Notes under the pieces: generated by a model
The model's database searches: none
Seen by the model: only the letters and a program-made list of their open reading frames with translations
Told to the model about the DNA's origin: nothing
Part shown: positions 1 through 7,442 of the stretch, piece by piece
How positions within the stretch are numbered: position 1 is the first letter of the stretch
How the letters are laid out: every line of letters begins with the position of its first letter
From: a virus
Taxonomy: Duplodnaviria > Heunggongvirae > Uroviricota > Caudoviricetes
Strand: one strand, 5' to 3'
Length of the DNA: 29,766 nt
Virus record (IMG/VR): IMGVR_UViG_2541047966_000011
Coordinates: 1 to 29,766 of that record
Program-made: the position numbers and the translations under genes

Positions 1-534
1 ATGCTTACCCTGGACGAGATAGGTCAATCAGTACGTAACAATATCCAGTTGATTATTGATCATGTCGGCTTACCTCTTGCTGTTGGTCCGCTCAGTGATG
101 ATGATTACAAGATTCTGTGTGGTGGCTATGGTGAGCTTGAATGGGACTATGCGTTAAGTACCTATGGCAACTCCAGAGAAAAGTATGAGTTCTGCATAAA
201 ACTTGTTCAGCAAGGTCGGGTTCAGGGAATACCATCAGGAGCAGCAATTTGTGTTTATGGGGTTGAAGAAAACATCTTTCGTATCCATATGATCGAAAGG
301 TTTTCTAGAGAAGATGAATCTCACCCATTGAAAGGGCGCATGGTTTTACTCACTCTTATGAGTGCTTTTATATTTTGTAAAGCTGTTGAATGTAAAGTTG
401 TCCACATTGTAGAGCCAGTACCAGAACTGGTGCAGTATTACGAGTCTTTTGGTTTCCGCATGGAACAGTGCGGTTATGTGATGTCGGCAGTCATTGATGA
501 GCTGCAGGATATCTTTCTTAAATTTGCTCAGTAG
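1..534 (+). CDS. hypothetical protein in AT-rich cargo; C-terminus faintly resembles a GNAT-type acyltransferase motif (uncertain)
   Basis: ATG at position 1, so the ORF may extend upstream of the window. 177 codons, visibly AT-richer than the phage backbone. C-terminal LVQYYESFGF resembles GNAT motif B, but no clear motif A (Q/R-x-x-G-x-G/A) is visible. Confidence 0.45.
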   Translation: MLTLDEIGQSVRNNIQLIIDHVGLPLAVGPLSDDDYKILCGGYGELEWDYALSTYGNSREKYEFCIKLVQQGRVQGIPSGAAICVYGVEENIFRIHMIERFSREDESHPLKGRMVLLTLMSAFIFCKAVECKVVHIVEPVPELVQYYESFGFRMEQCGYVMSAVIDELQDIFLKFAQ

Positions 535-730
535 GTATAGACGAGAAGGGTCTACAAATTGTAGGATACCCGTCCAGATTACCTTAAAGGTACATCTATG
601 GCAGTCGTTTTGTGCTTAAACTACTAAGAAACGATGTCACCAATCGACATGATCGATTGGCATAAGTTAGCGAAACAAGCTAGCTTTAAAGAAAGGGTTA
701 GAGACGCCTTTACTGTCTCGGGAGTTTTCT

Positions 731-904
731 ATGAAAGATCAAAAAGCAACCAAGCCACAGGTTAAGTTCGACACAATGAAAGCATTCGCAGGTATGGGTG
801 CTGCTGTTGAAGTTCTGATGAAGGCTGCTCCTAATGCGTTCACTCACGCTACTGTCTCTGGTAAAGAGCAGCAGGGTAAGCTTCGTCGTCGCAAAGCAGC
901 ATGA
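731..904 (+). CDS. small lysine-rich hypothetical protein (57 aa)
   Basis: Not in the ORF track (<60 aa). ATG at 731 preceded by GGGAG at 719-723; translation MKDQKATKPQVKFDTMKAFAGMGAAVEVLMKAAPNAFTHATVSGKEQQGKLRRRKAA; stop TGA 902-904, followed 20 nt later by a terminator hairpin. Confidence 0.4.
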   Translation: MKDQKATKPQVKFDTMKAFAGMGAAVEVLMKAAPNAFTHATVSGKEQQGKLRRRKAA

Positions 905-923
905 TCATAGCTGGTGCTTTTTG

Positions 924-949
924 AAAACCCGCCTTTAGGCGGGTTTTTT
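924..949. terminator. bidirectional rho-independent terminator between convergent genes
   Basis: AAAACCCGCC-TTTA-GGCGGGTTTT: 6-bp GC stem flanked by an A-run and a T-run, so it reads as an intrinsic terminator on both strands. It lies between the plus-strand small ORF and the minus-strand PrtN-like gene. Confidence 0.6.
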
Positions 950-951
950 CT

Positions 952-1233
952 TTAGTGATGTTCTTTGCCCTTCTGTTTGCTTGTTCTGACCTGTTCCCAC
1001 TCGATACGTCCTTCTTCTCGTCTTTTGTCTATGTATTCCGCAAGATCCTGAATATTGATGCAACGTTTTGCTTTTTGTGATGTGCCGATGCGATATGTTG
1101 GAACGGGCAACTTACAAGCGTTTGCTTTTGCTTCTGCCGTGGCTGGACTCATGCCAAAGTACTTTTGGCTAACTGCTGAGAGTTCAATGTTAGGGGTATT
1201 GAATTCAGCCATCAGTAAAAACAAGGTGTTCAT
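952..1233 (-). CDS. PrtN-like (pyocin activator family) DNA-binding protein, possible excisionase-like regulator
   Basis: ORF-track frame 952..1260 opens with GTG. The internal ATG at 1233 (MNTLFLLMAEF...) has GGAG 6 nt upstream and matches the usual PrtN-family N-terminus as I recall it. Family assignment from memory. Confidence 0.55.
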   Translation of the reverse strand: MNTLFLLMAEFNTPNIELSAVSQKYFGMSPATAEAKANACKLPVPTYRIGTSQKAKRCINIQDLAEYIDKRREEGRIEWEQVRTSKQKGKEHH

Positions 1234-1269
1234 AATTTTCTCCATCAAAACCGGCTGCACCCGGGAAAA

Positions 1270-1842
1270 TCATAATTCTGTGCTGGTGGCAGGAATTAAT
1301 TTCTGCCAGATAGCGGAAACATATTTTGCCTGATGACGGGCATCAGCCAGGGCGTTGTGCCGTTCGCCATCGAAAGGCATGTCCATTTTGGGGTCGAATC
1401 CGATGGAACGCCCAAGCGTAACGATCGTGCGTACATCGTGGTCATTCCAGTATGCCCACGGGCAGATTTGTCCTGCTCGCTCATAAGCTCCACGTAAAAT
1501 TACGTTGTCGAAGGTGGCTCCGTTACCCCAGACTTTTAAATATTTCGTATTGTCTGCGTGCCGGTTAATGAAATGATTTAGTTCTGAGAGAGCATCGCTG
1601 ATCGACAAAGTATCATCAATACAGATTGCAGCTCGTGCTTCAGGGCTTTGTTTCAACCACCACAGGATGGTATCGCCGTCAGGTGTAGCTCCTTGCCCCA
1701 TAGCACTTTCCAGGCTAACAACCGTATAGAATTCTTGTCCGATGTCTCCGGTTTCTGGAGTGAAGAACACCGCGCCAATGGAAACGATCGGTGCATCCTT
1801 ATTTTTCCCCATCGTCTCAAGGTCGATCATTAAGTTGTTCAT
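1270..1842 (-). CDS. DEDD-type (DnaQ-like) 3'-5' exonuclease
   Basis: N-terminal MIDLETMG carries the Exo I D-x-E motif. ATG at 1842 sits after AGGAGG (spacing 6) and overlaps the upstream gene stop as TGATG. The ORF-track start at 1845 is GTG. Confidence 0.7.
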   Translation of the reverse strand: MNNLMIDLETMGKNKDAPIVSIGAVFFTPETGDIGQEFYTVVSLESAMGQGATPDGDTILWWLKQSPEARAAICIDDTLSISDALSELNHFINRHADNTKYLKVWGNGATFDNVILRGAYERAGQICPWAYWNDHDVRTIVTLGRSIGFDPKMDMPFDGERHNALADARHQAKYVSAIWQKLIPATSTEL

Positions 1843-2633
1843 CACTTCACCTCCTGCGGCGGTTCCGGTAGCGGCATCCAGTGAGTTGCTTGCTCAATAC
1901 CATTACCCGGCTTAATCGTTGCATCTCCGCGCCGAAAGGTGCTTCCGGTATAGCGTGCGGAGCATATTAGCGGTTCAACCAGAGAGCTATCGAAATTCAC
2001 CGAAATAAGCACGTTCTGATTCTTTTCCGGCATTCGATCACTACAGCTTATCCAACTATCCGGAGTTCCCGGAGAGTTGCCATTTACATCGAAGTTTGGC
2101 TCTGCGTCCTGAACCAGGAGGATGTAACCATTCTTGGCAGTATCAAGTTCTAACGCCTCGGTGACGGTGCCGAAATAGCGATTACCTAAATCAGCATCAC
2201 AAGTGCTTACATCAATGGAAACTTCCATGCCCTCGATTAATTCTGGCAAGTTGTAAGTTTGGCTTACGGGTTCGGCTTCCAGTTCTGCTATGCGCTTTTT
2301 TGCTGCTTCCAGCTCAACACGCAGCTTCCCTACCGTTAGCGCAATTTCCTCGTTCTCCTGGTCGCGTGATTTGATGTATTGCTGGTTTCTTTCCCGTTCA
2401 TCCAGCAGCGCCTGCACTACTTCAGGGTTGAAAGCTGCGATATAACGAGCGTTGTTCTCTGCGTTTTTCTGTTCGTCGAATCCTGGCCAGTCGACAATAT
2501 CTCCGTGATGATTATCACCTGGTGTGTGTACGGCGTACGTGCCGTATTTGCCCGGCGAAATAAATGCGACCCATTCACCCTGTGTTGCCTTTTCTGCCGC
2601 ATCACGTAGCGCCTGATAATTAATTTTTCTCAC
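1842..2633 (-). CDS. Ead/Ea22-like protein with DUF551-like C-terminus
   Basis: 263 aa with a coiled-coil segment (ELEAAKKRIAELEAE) and a C-terminal W-x-PLPEPP-type region typical of DUF551 as recalled. GTG start preceded by GGAGG within the repeat CTCACTGGTTGCCTCCTTTGCGAA. Confidence 0.6.
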   Translation of the reverse strand: MRKINYQALRDAAEKATQGEWVAFISPGKYGTYAVHTPGDNHHGDIVDWPGFDEQKNAENNARYIAAFNPEVVQALLDERERNQQYIKSRDQENEEIALTVGKLRVELEAAKKRIAELEAEPVSQTYNLPELIEGMEVSIDVSTCDADLGNRYFGTVTEALELDTAKNGYILLVQDAEPNFDVNGNSPGTPDSWISCSDRMPEKNQNVLISVNFDSSLVEPLICSARYTGSTFRRGDATIKPGNGIEQATHWMPLPEPPQEVK

Positions 2634-3226
2634 TGGTTGCCTCCTTTGCGAAGCTCTGCAGCGAAATATACAGCTGCGGAAACAATAGCTGCATGTCGGT
2701 ATTCACCATCAGAAAATAAAGAATCTCCCTTAAGTGCATTGACGATACTCTGATGATTTTTTGCCAGCATCTCCACGCCCTGCGCCCGTACTTCAGCCAG
2801 AAAAGCATCGGTGGCTGGCATATTTCCTGTTGCCTTCATGTCCTCCAAAATAACCAGAACGCTATCTCGCCCAACCACCTCAGCGATAACCTCGGTGTTG
2901 TCGCCAACAACATCGCAGAATGCCTGAACTGCCTTACGAGCCAGCTCATTCTCCGCCGCAAGCGCCGAAAACTTCTCGTGTGCCAACTTAACAGCTTCAT
3001 CAGCCTGCTTAATTGACTCAATCGATTTCTGTTGGTCTTCGGCCAGCCCTGCTAAATCAGCCTCCAGTTCGGCCAGGCGTTCATTTAATGCATCTCGTTC
3101 ATCCAGTAGAGCCAGCACAACCTGAGGTGTGACTTTCATACGAAATGCCAGCAATTTTTGTGGTGTGGCTGCTATTTTTATTGCTTCTGCCGCCCCACGC
3201 AGTGCCTGATAGTCAATCTTGCTCAC
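2630..3226 (-). CDS. Ead/Ea22-like protein (paralog B)
   Basis: Shares N-terminal xxKIxYQALRxAAE with paralog A, and an internal ESIKQADxAVKLAHEKFSALAAEN block and C-terminal RKGGNQ with paralog C. Start set to the GTG at 3226 (VSKIDYQ), which sits in the same repeated RBS context as paralog A; the ORF-track frame extends to 3259. Confidence 0.55.
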   Translation of the reverse strand: MSKIDYQALRGAAEAIKIAATPQKLLAFRMKVTPQVVLALLDERDALNERLAELEADLAGLAEDQQKSIESIKQADEAVKLAHEKFSALAAENELARKAVQAFCDVVGDNTEVIAEVVGRDSVLVILEDMKATGNMPATDAFLAEVRAQGVEMLAKNHQSIVNALKGDSLFSDGEYRHAAIVSAAVYFAAELRKGGNQ

Positions 3227-3852
3227 TGGTTGCCTCCTTTGCGAATCTGTTCCGCCCATTCTTCAAGGGATTTCTCCGCATATTCACCGGACAGGCCATC
3301 AATCGGGTGCGGCTCATTAGCCAACTCTTCTTTCGCTGACAGAATCATGCGCGTAACGTCGAAAACTTCACGCAAAGACTTATTGATAAATCCGTGATTG
3401 AACGCAGCAGCAAGACGGCTGGCGGCATAATTAATCCCCTCGTTGCGTGCTTCCGCACGTACTTCAGCAAGGAAAGCGTCGGTGGCTGGGGTATTTTCCA
3501 TTAGTTTTTTTGACGTTGACCAAAGCGCGGAAAGCCACTCTTTATCAAACCATTTATCCTTATGGTGAAACATTTCATCAACTGTCTGGTGGCAGCGGGA
3601 TACCTCAAAAAGGCACCGCGCATTCTCCGCCGCCAGCGCTGAAAACTTCTCGTGTGCCAACTTAACAGCCGCATCAGCCTGCTTAATTGACTCAATCGCT
3701 TTCTGGTGGTCTTCGGACAGAGCCGAAATCTTGGCCTCCGCTTCAGCAAATTTACGCACCAGATATTCAGCATTTGTTTCATTCACTTTCAGATCTCGTG
3801 GTACACATTTCCCGCGAAGAAACCCTTCCATTTCGAAAACATTCATGCGCAT
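3223..3852 (-). CDS. Ead/Ea22-like protein (paralog C)
   Basis: 209 aa sharing internal and C-terminal blocks with paralog B. ATG at 3852 has GGAG about 8 nt upstream; stop overlaps the paralog B start (GTGA). Confidence 0.55.
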   Translation of the reverse strand: MRMNVFEMEGFLRGKCVPRDLKVNETNAEYLVRKFAEAEAKISALSEDHQKAIESIKQADAAVKLAHEKFSALAAENARCLFEVSRCHQTVDEMFHHKDKWFDKEWLSALWSTSKKLMENTPATDAFLAEVRAEARNEGINYAASRLAAAFNHGFINKSLREVFDVTRMILSAKEELANEPHPIDGLSGEYAEKSLEEWAEQIRKGGNQ

Positions 3853-4379
3853 TTGCGTAACTCCGATAACTCGTTAAAACGTTCCATAAACATCCCGTAG
3901 GCATGGCCTGGCGACAGTGGAATCACTTTGAACATCTCTGTTGCCGGGATACCTTCCAGTACAGGCCAGAAAGAGCCATCATCAAGCCCGAGATCGCGGC
4001 GTTCGGTTGCCAGCATGATGAGATCGGCATATTTCACGGGCGTGCTCATAACCGGGGGTAACCCGTATTTCTCACGGATTACGGCGTCTATTTTTTCTTC
4101 CATCCGTTTATAGTCAGGAAGAAGGCGTTTCAGTGGCGCGGGGATGTCCTGACAATACGCTTCTGTTGCATCATGCATTAACGCTTCGAAAGCAAACTCC
4201 TGCGGTACCAGTTGGCTGCAAAGCACCGCATGTTGGGCGACGCTGTAGAAGTGTGAAAGATGTCCTGCAAAGCGACAGATATTTGAAAGGGAAACCGCGA
4301 TATCGTTAATCACGATGTCGTCTTTATTTATCCTGTCATAATAAAAATGCTTCCCGGAAAAAGTTTTAATAAATGACAT
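3843..4379 (-). CDS. HD-domain phosphohydrolase (YfdR-like 5'-deoxynucleotidase family)
   Basis: H...HD...D signature in GHLSHFYSVAQHAVLCSQ...ALMHDATEAY. Start placed at the ATG at 4379 (MSFIKTF...) with GGAG 6 nt upstream; the ORF-track frame extends to 4406. Confidence 0.7.
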   Translation of the reverse strand: MSFIKTFSGKHFYYDRINKDDIVINDIAVSLSNICRFAGHLSHFYSVAQHAVLCSQLVPQEFAFEALMHDATEAYCQDIPAPLKRLLPDYKRMEEKIDAVIREKYGLPPVMSTPVKYADLIMLATERRDLGLDDGSFWPVLEGIPATEMFKVIPLSPGHAYGMFMERFNELSELRKCA

Positions 4380-4472
4380 TTTGTTCTCCACGTATATGCG
4401 CTGCACCGCGCTGAATTCTGGTAAAAGGAAGCCCTCACCATCCGGTGATTATTGAGTTAATTACGTTTCCAT

Positions 4473-4494
4473 AAATGCCCCCGCAGGGGCATTT
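4473..4494 (-). terminator. stem-loop AAATGCCCC-cgca-GGGGCATTT, possible attenuator or terminator
   Basis: 9-bp perfect stem with a 4-nt loop in the intergenic gap between the YfdQ-like and HD genes. No strong U-tract follows on the transcribed strand, so termination efficiency is uncertain. Confidence 0.35.
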
Positions 4495-4506
4495 GCAGTA
4501 ATGAAA

Positions 4507-5331
4507 TCAGGCGGTGAAAGTACCAATAAAGGTTTCTACTTTGCTGTCTTTGAATTTCTCAACAAGCAGATCACGAAATTCGTTAGCCATTTCTTCCTGC
4601 ACCGCTTCCAGCTGAATAATGCGCAGAACCAGTACAGGACGATCGCCAGTGATAATGCTGAGGCGTAATTTAAATGGACGTTCTTTCAGACCTTCAAACG
4701 GAACGCATTTAAATTCAAATGCCACTGGCATAATATCTTTGGTCTTCGCTTCGACAGACTCCATCAGGGAGCGTTTGCCGCTGAAGTCATTATCTTCAAA
4801 ATCAGCGGTCTGGTTCGCTTCAATTGTGATTTTACGGATAGCCGCCGCCGCTTTGGTTGCCTGAATGGCGTCACCATTAGCATCAAAGCCCACAAGGTAG
4901 TCGGCCCAGTCTTCAATCCATTCTGCCAGTGATTTCTGGGAGTTACGCTCGCCATTAATAGACAACAGAGCAGAGAACGGTGCTGTCTTTTTCAGTTTGA
5001 GAGTGGCGGTGTTATCTGCGTGACCTGGTTCATCAATAGTACCCAGGTTAAGCACACTGACGGCACGCATATTATCAGCATCGATAAAGCAGCGGGTGCC
5101 TTCATCTGCAAGCTCTTTAGAATAACGGGTAAAGTCATCGATGCTGGCAGTGGAAAGCGCACCACGGAAACGGAAGCGATTTAAATTAAATTTTTCCAGA
5201 TCATGAATGCGGAAATTCTCAGGCAATGCCACAGCATCGGCACCAATCTTACTGATAATTTCATTAACACCCTGAGAAGAAATAAGGGCATGGATTTGAT
5301 TAATTGCGGTTGCGTCTAAGTTCTGAGACAT
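4507..5331 (-). CDS. YfdQ-like protein (DUF2303-type) of unknown function
   Basis: 274 aa; N-terminus [17 protein letters not shown]... matches what I recall of E. coli CPS-53 YfdQ. GAGGA lies 6 nt upstream of the ATG. Confidence 0.6.
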   Translation of the reverse strand: MSQNLDATAINQIHALISSQGVNEIISKIGADAVALPENFRIHDLEKFNLNRFRFRGALSTASIDDFTRYSKELADEGTRCFIDADNMRAVSVLNLGTIDEPGHADNTATLKLKKTAPFSALLSINGERNSQKSLAEWIEDWADYLVGFDANGDAIQATKAAAAIRKITIEANQTADFEDNDFSGKRSLMESVEAKTKDIMPVAFEFKCVPFEGLKERPFKLRLSIITGDRPVLVLRIIQLEAVQEEMANEFRDLLVEKFKDSKVETFIGTFTA

Positions 5332-5396
5332 AATAAGTCCTCACTATATAAAGATATTCAGTGATGAGATAAATAATCAGTTAATTAATAACGATA

Positions 5397-5759
5397 TTAA
5401 TGACCTGCTGCGCGGAGTTTTCCGTCAGGTTCACCGGCAAGAGTCAGTAATTGTCCCTGGTCTTCCTGCAGAATAGTCAGGCGACCACCGCGATTGACAT
5501 ACATCGGCGTTTCGGTGGTGTCTTCTTCGGAAATTTTCCCGCGGTTAGTCGGGCGAACATATGAGAGTTTGTGTTTGATTTTCACACGGTTCTCATCAAA
5601 CGGTTCGATTTCCAGATTGAGTGAGACCTTCCCTTTGGTTTTCGTGTTCATCACACCGGAAGCGACTTCACTGAGAACTGCGCCGATTTTGGTTTCAAAT
5701 ACGCCGCCGTCCAGCTCCCCGATAAATGCCTGCACATCAGTACTGCGTTCGCTAGCCAT
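5397..5759 (-). CDS. hypothetical early-left protein (YfdP-like, ~120 aa)
   Basis: Start placed at the ATG at 5759 (MASERSTD...) with GAGGAG 7 nt upstream; the ORF-track frame extends to 5777. It is the first gene downstream of the long leftward leader. Confidence 0.5.
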   Translation of the reverse strand: MASERSTDVQAFIGELDGGVFETKIGAVLSEVASGVMNTKTKGKVSLNLEIEPFDENRVKIKHKLSYVRPTNRGKISEEDTTETPMYVNRGGRLTILQEDQGQLLTLAGEPDGKLRAAGH

Positions 5760-5807
5760 TTTGCTGCTCCTCATCATATCGACCCTGCAAGGTCGGTTGG
5801 TTTATCC

Positions 5808-5896
5808 ACAAAACAGAGAAGAACACCTGCGGTGGCAGCCGCCCGGATGGATTGGGTTATGAGCCCGTCGTCCGGTGATGTTCTTCTCTGTTTTGT
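5808..5896 (-). promoter_or_regulatory. 18-bp perfect inverted repeat forming a long stem-loop in the early-left leader
   Basis: ACAAAACAGAGAAGAACA at 5808-5825 is the exact reverse complement of 5879-5896, with a 53-nt loop. It sits 36 nt upstream of the RBS of the first early-left gene and is not followed by a U-tract. Confidence 0.45.
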
Positions 5897-6371
5897 AAAA
5901 AGAGCGGTACCAGCCGGAAGCAAGTGTACAAACTGGTACCGCCAAAGCAGTGGCTGTTGTGGTGACCGGTGCTGATCTCCGGCTTGCGGTTATTTCAGAC
6001 TCTCACGGGCGTTTAATTGCCCCGCCGAACAGCTCTTTTCCGCAATAGCTGCAATGTCTTTCGCGCATCAGCCTGCGCATTCACCACAACGCTGAGAGCA
6101 CTTAGCCAGTTACGGCACCACACTTTGTCGCGGTTCCATAAATGCCCTCATCGTTGCACCCTGGTCTCTTCCCAGGTGTCAAACCGAACCGCCACGCTGG
6201 TTAGGCGTCTTATCAGCATCATCATTGACTTGCACATTCCGGCTACCTGGTTTGTTTGCCCGAGCAAGGAGGGGATTGTCCCCTTTAACGTCCCCAGACC
6301 GCTAACGACGCATGTGCCATACGCCGTGTTACAACCAAATTTTGTTTAATCTTGCCTGTGACATGTTTCTT

Positions 6372-6407
6372 TTGGATACATTATGTATCTCATGGGTACA
6401 TTGCCAA
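6372..6407 (-). promoter_or_regulatory. candidate leftward early promoter (PL-like) overlapped by a palindromic operator
   Basis: On the minus strand: TTGGCA (plus 6402-6407), 16-nt spacer, CATAAT (plus 6380-6385). The perfect palindrome GATACATtATGTATC (6375-6389) overlaps the -10. Confidence 0.4.
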
Positions 6408-6410
6408 GTA

Positions 6411-6432
6411 TAAAAAAACCTGCCGAAGCAGG
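6411..6432 (-). terminator. intrinsic terminator downstream of the repressor gene
   Basis: Minus-strand transcript reads CCTGC-ttcg-GCAGG followed by TTTTTTTA, 14 nt past the repressor stop. Confidence 0.5.
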
Positions 6433-6445
6433 TTATAAATATTGA

Positions 6446-7120
6446 TTAGGCCTTTATTTTGTATCTTCTTGGTTTTCCTGAGAAAATTACTGTACCAATT
6501 ATAGAGCAATTACCGTTGATCTTAATGTAAGGTTCAGGCCAGTTTGGGTTTAATGCTTTGAGGTAACGCTGTGTTCCATCTTCTATCAACCGCTTAAAGG
6601 TGGTTTCGCCTGTATCGTGCATCAATGCAATAACGTCGTCACCGTGGCAGGCAGGGACTTCAGGATCTACAAAAATCATGTCTCCCGGGCGGTACTCATC
6701 AATCATTGAATCACCAATCACCCGCAAGATATAAGTCATTTCGCCACAGGGTACAGGGCAGGGATAAGTTTCTGCTGTGCTCAAATCAACCTCAGAATAG
6801 CCAACTTCTTTCCATGCTCCGGCCTGTACCCATGATATGACAGGGACTAACGTTATTTGTTTGTTAGTAATTGAAACATCAGGTTTTTTTGTGATGTTTG
6901 TTGTCTGGTGTTCTTGATCAAGCCATCCGACAGGCAGGTCGAAACATTTTTCGATGTGCCGTGCCATGCTGTCACCGATATTTTTAGTAGCACCATCTCC
7001 CATAAACCTGCTGGTCTGGGTTGGCTCGCGATCAATCATGGTGGCAAAGGAAGAATTCCCGCCAACACCATCTCTCAGTTTTCTGGCGTTAGACCGCCGG
7101 ATGTCATGGACTGTTTTCAT
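6446..7120 (-). CDS. CI-like prophage repressor with N-terminal HTH and C-terminal S24 (LexA-like) peptidase domain
   Basis: 224 aa. The C-terminal half contains GDSM (catalytic Ser context) and a downstream Lys, typical of S24 autocleaving repressors. Divergent from the Cro-like gene. No SD upstream of the ATG, so the mRNA may be leaderless. Confidence 0.85.
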   Translation of the reverse strand: MKTVHDIRRSNARKLRDGVGGNSSFATMIDREPTQTSRFMGDGATKNIGDSMARHIEKCFDLPVGWLDQEHQTTNITKKPDVSITNKQITLVPVISWVQAGAWKEVGYSEVDLSTAETYPCPVPCGEMTYILRVIGDSMIDEYRPGDMIFVDPEVPACHGDDVIALMHDTGETTFKRLIEDGTQRYLKALNPNWPEPYIKINGNCSIIGTVIFSGKPRRYKIKA

Positions 7121-7210
7121 AACGAAATTAAAACCTTTGTACCGATAGGGTACAAGTATCTTGAAGGTTCATCTCAATCATGTAATATGTATATCGGAGG
7201 TACATATTGT
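7121..7210. promoter_or_regulatory. divergent promoter and operator region between repressor and Cro-like gene
   Basis: 90-bp AT-rich gap containing the palindrome TTGTACC-gatag-GGTACAA (7137-7155), ATATGTATAT/TACATATTGTA-type motifs, and a candidate rightward promoter TTGAAG (7161-7166)-N16-TAATAT (7183-7188). Confidence 0.5.
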
Positions 7211-7411
7211 ATGAAAGCGTATTGGGACTCTTTAACCAAAGAACAGCAGGGCGAGTTGGCCGGAAAAGTTGGCTCAACACCAGGCTACTTACGGCTGGTT
7301 TTCAATGGTTATAAAAAAGCCAGTTTTGTGCTGGCTAAAAAACTTGAGCAATGCACGTCAGGTGCAATTACGAAATCTGACTTAAGACCGGATATCTATC
7401 CGAAAGATTAA
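7211..7411 (+). CDS. Cro-like HTH regulator (YdaS family-like)
   Basis: 66 aa, GGAGG 10 nt upstream of the ATG. C-terminal ...ITKSDLRPDIY matches the conserved YdaS-type tail as recalled. Divergent from the repressor. Confidence 0.7.
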   Translation: MKAYWDSLTKEQQGELAGKVGSTPGYLRLVFNGYKKASFVLAKKLEQCTSGAITKSDLRPDIYPKD

Positions 7412-7442
7412 CAGAACACCTTCAATTTTTAACCACAGAACG

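Noticed and set aside
6013-6123. Short Arg-rich minus-strand frame (...NAQADARKTLQLLRKRAVRRGN) that superficially recalls the N-protein arginine-rich motif
   Set aside because: Under 40 codons, no ATG, and it ends immediately after the Arg-rich stretch. Not enough to call an N-like antiterminator; mentioned only under the leader finding.
6017-6349. 110-aa plus-strand ORF in the early-left leader
   Set aside because: No RBS, odd Ser/Thr/Arg/Leu-rich composition, and it lies antisense to the direction of early-left transcription in a region dominated by inverted repeats; treated as non-coding.
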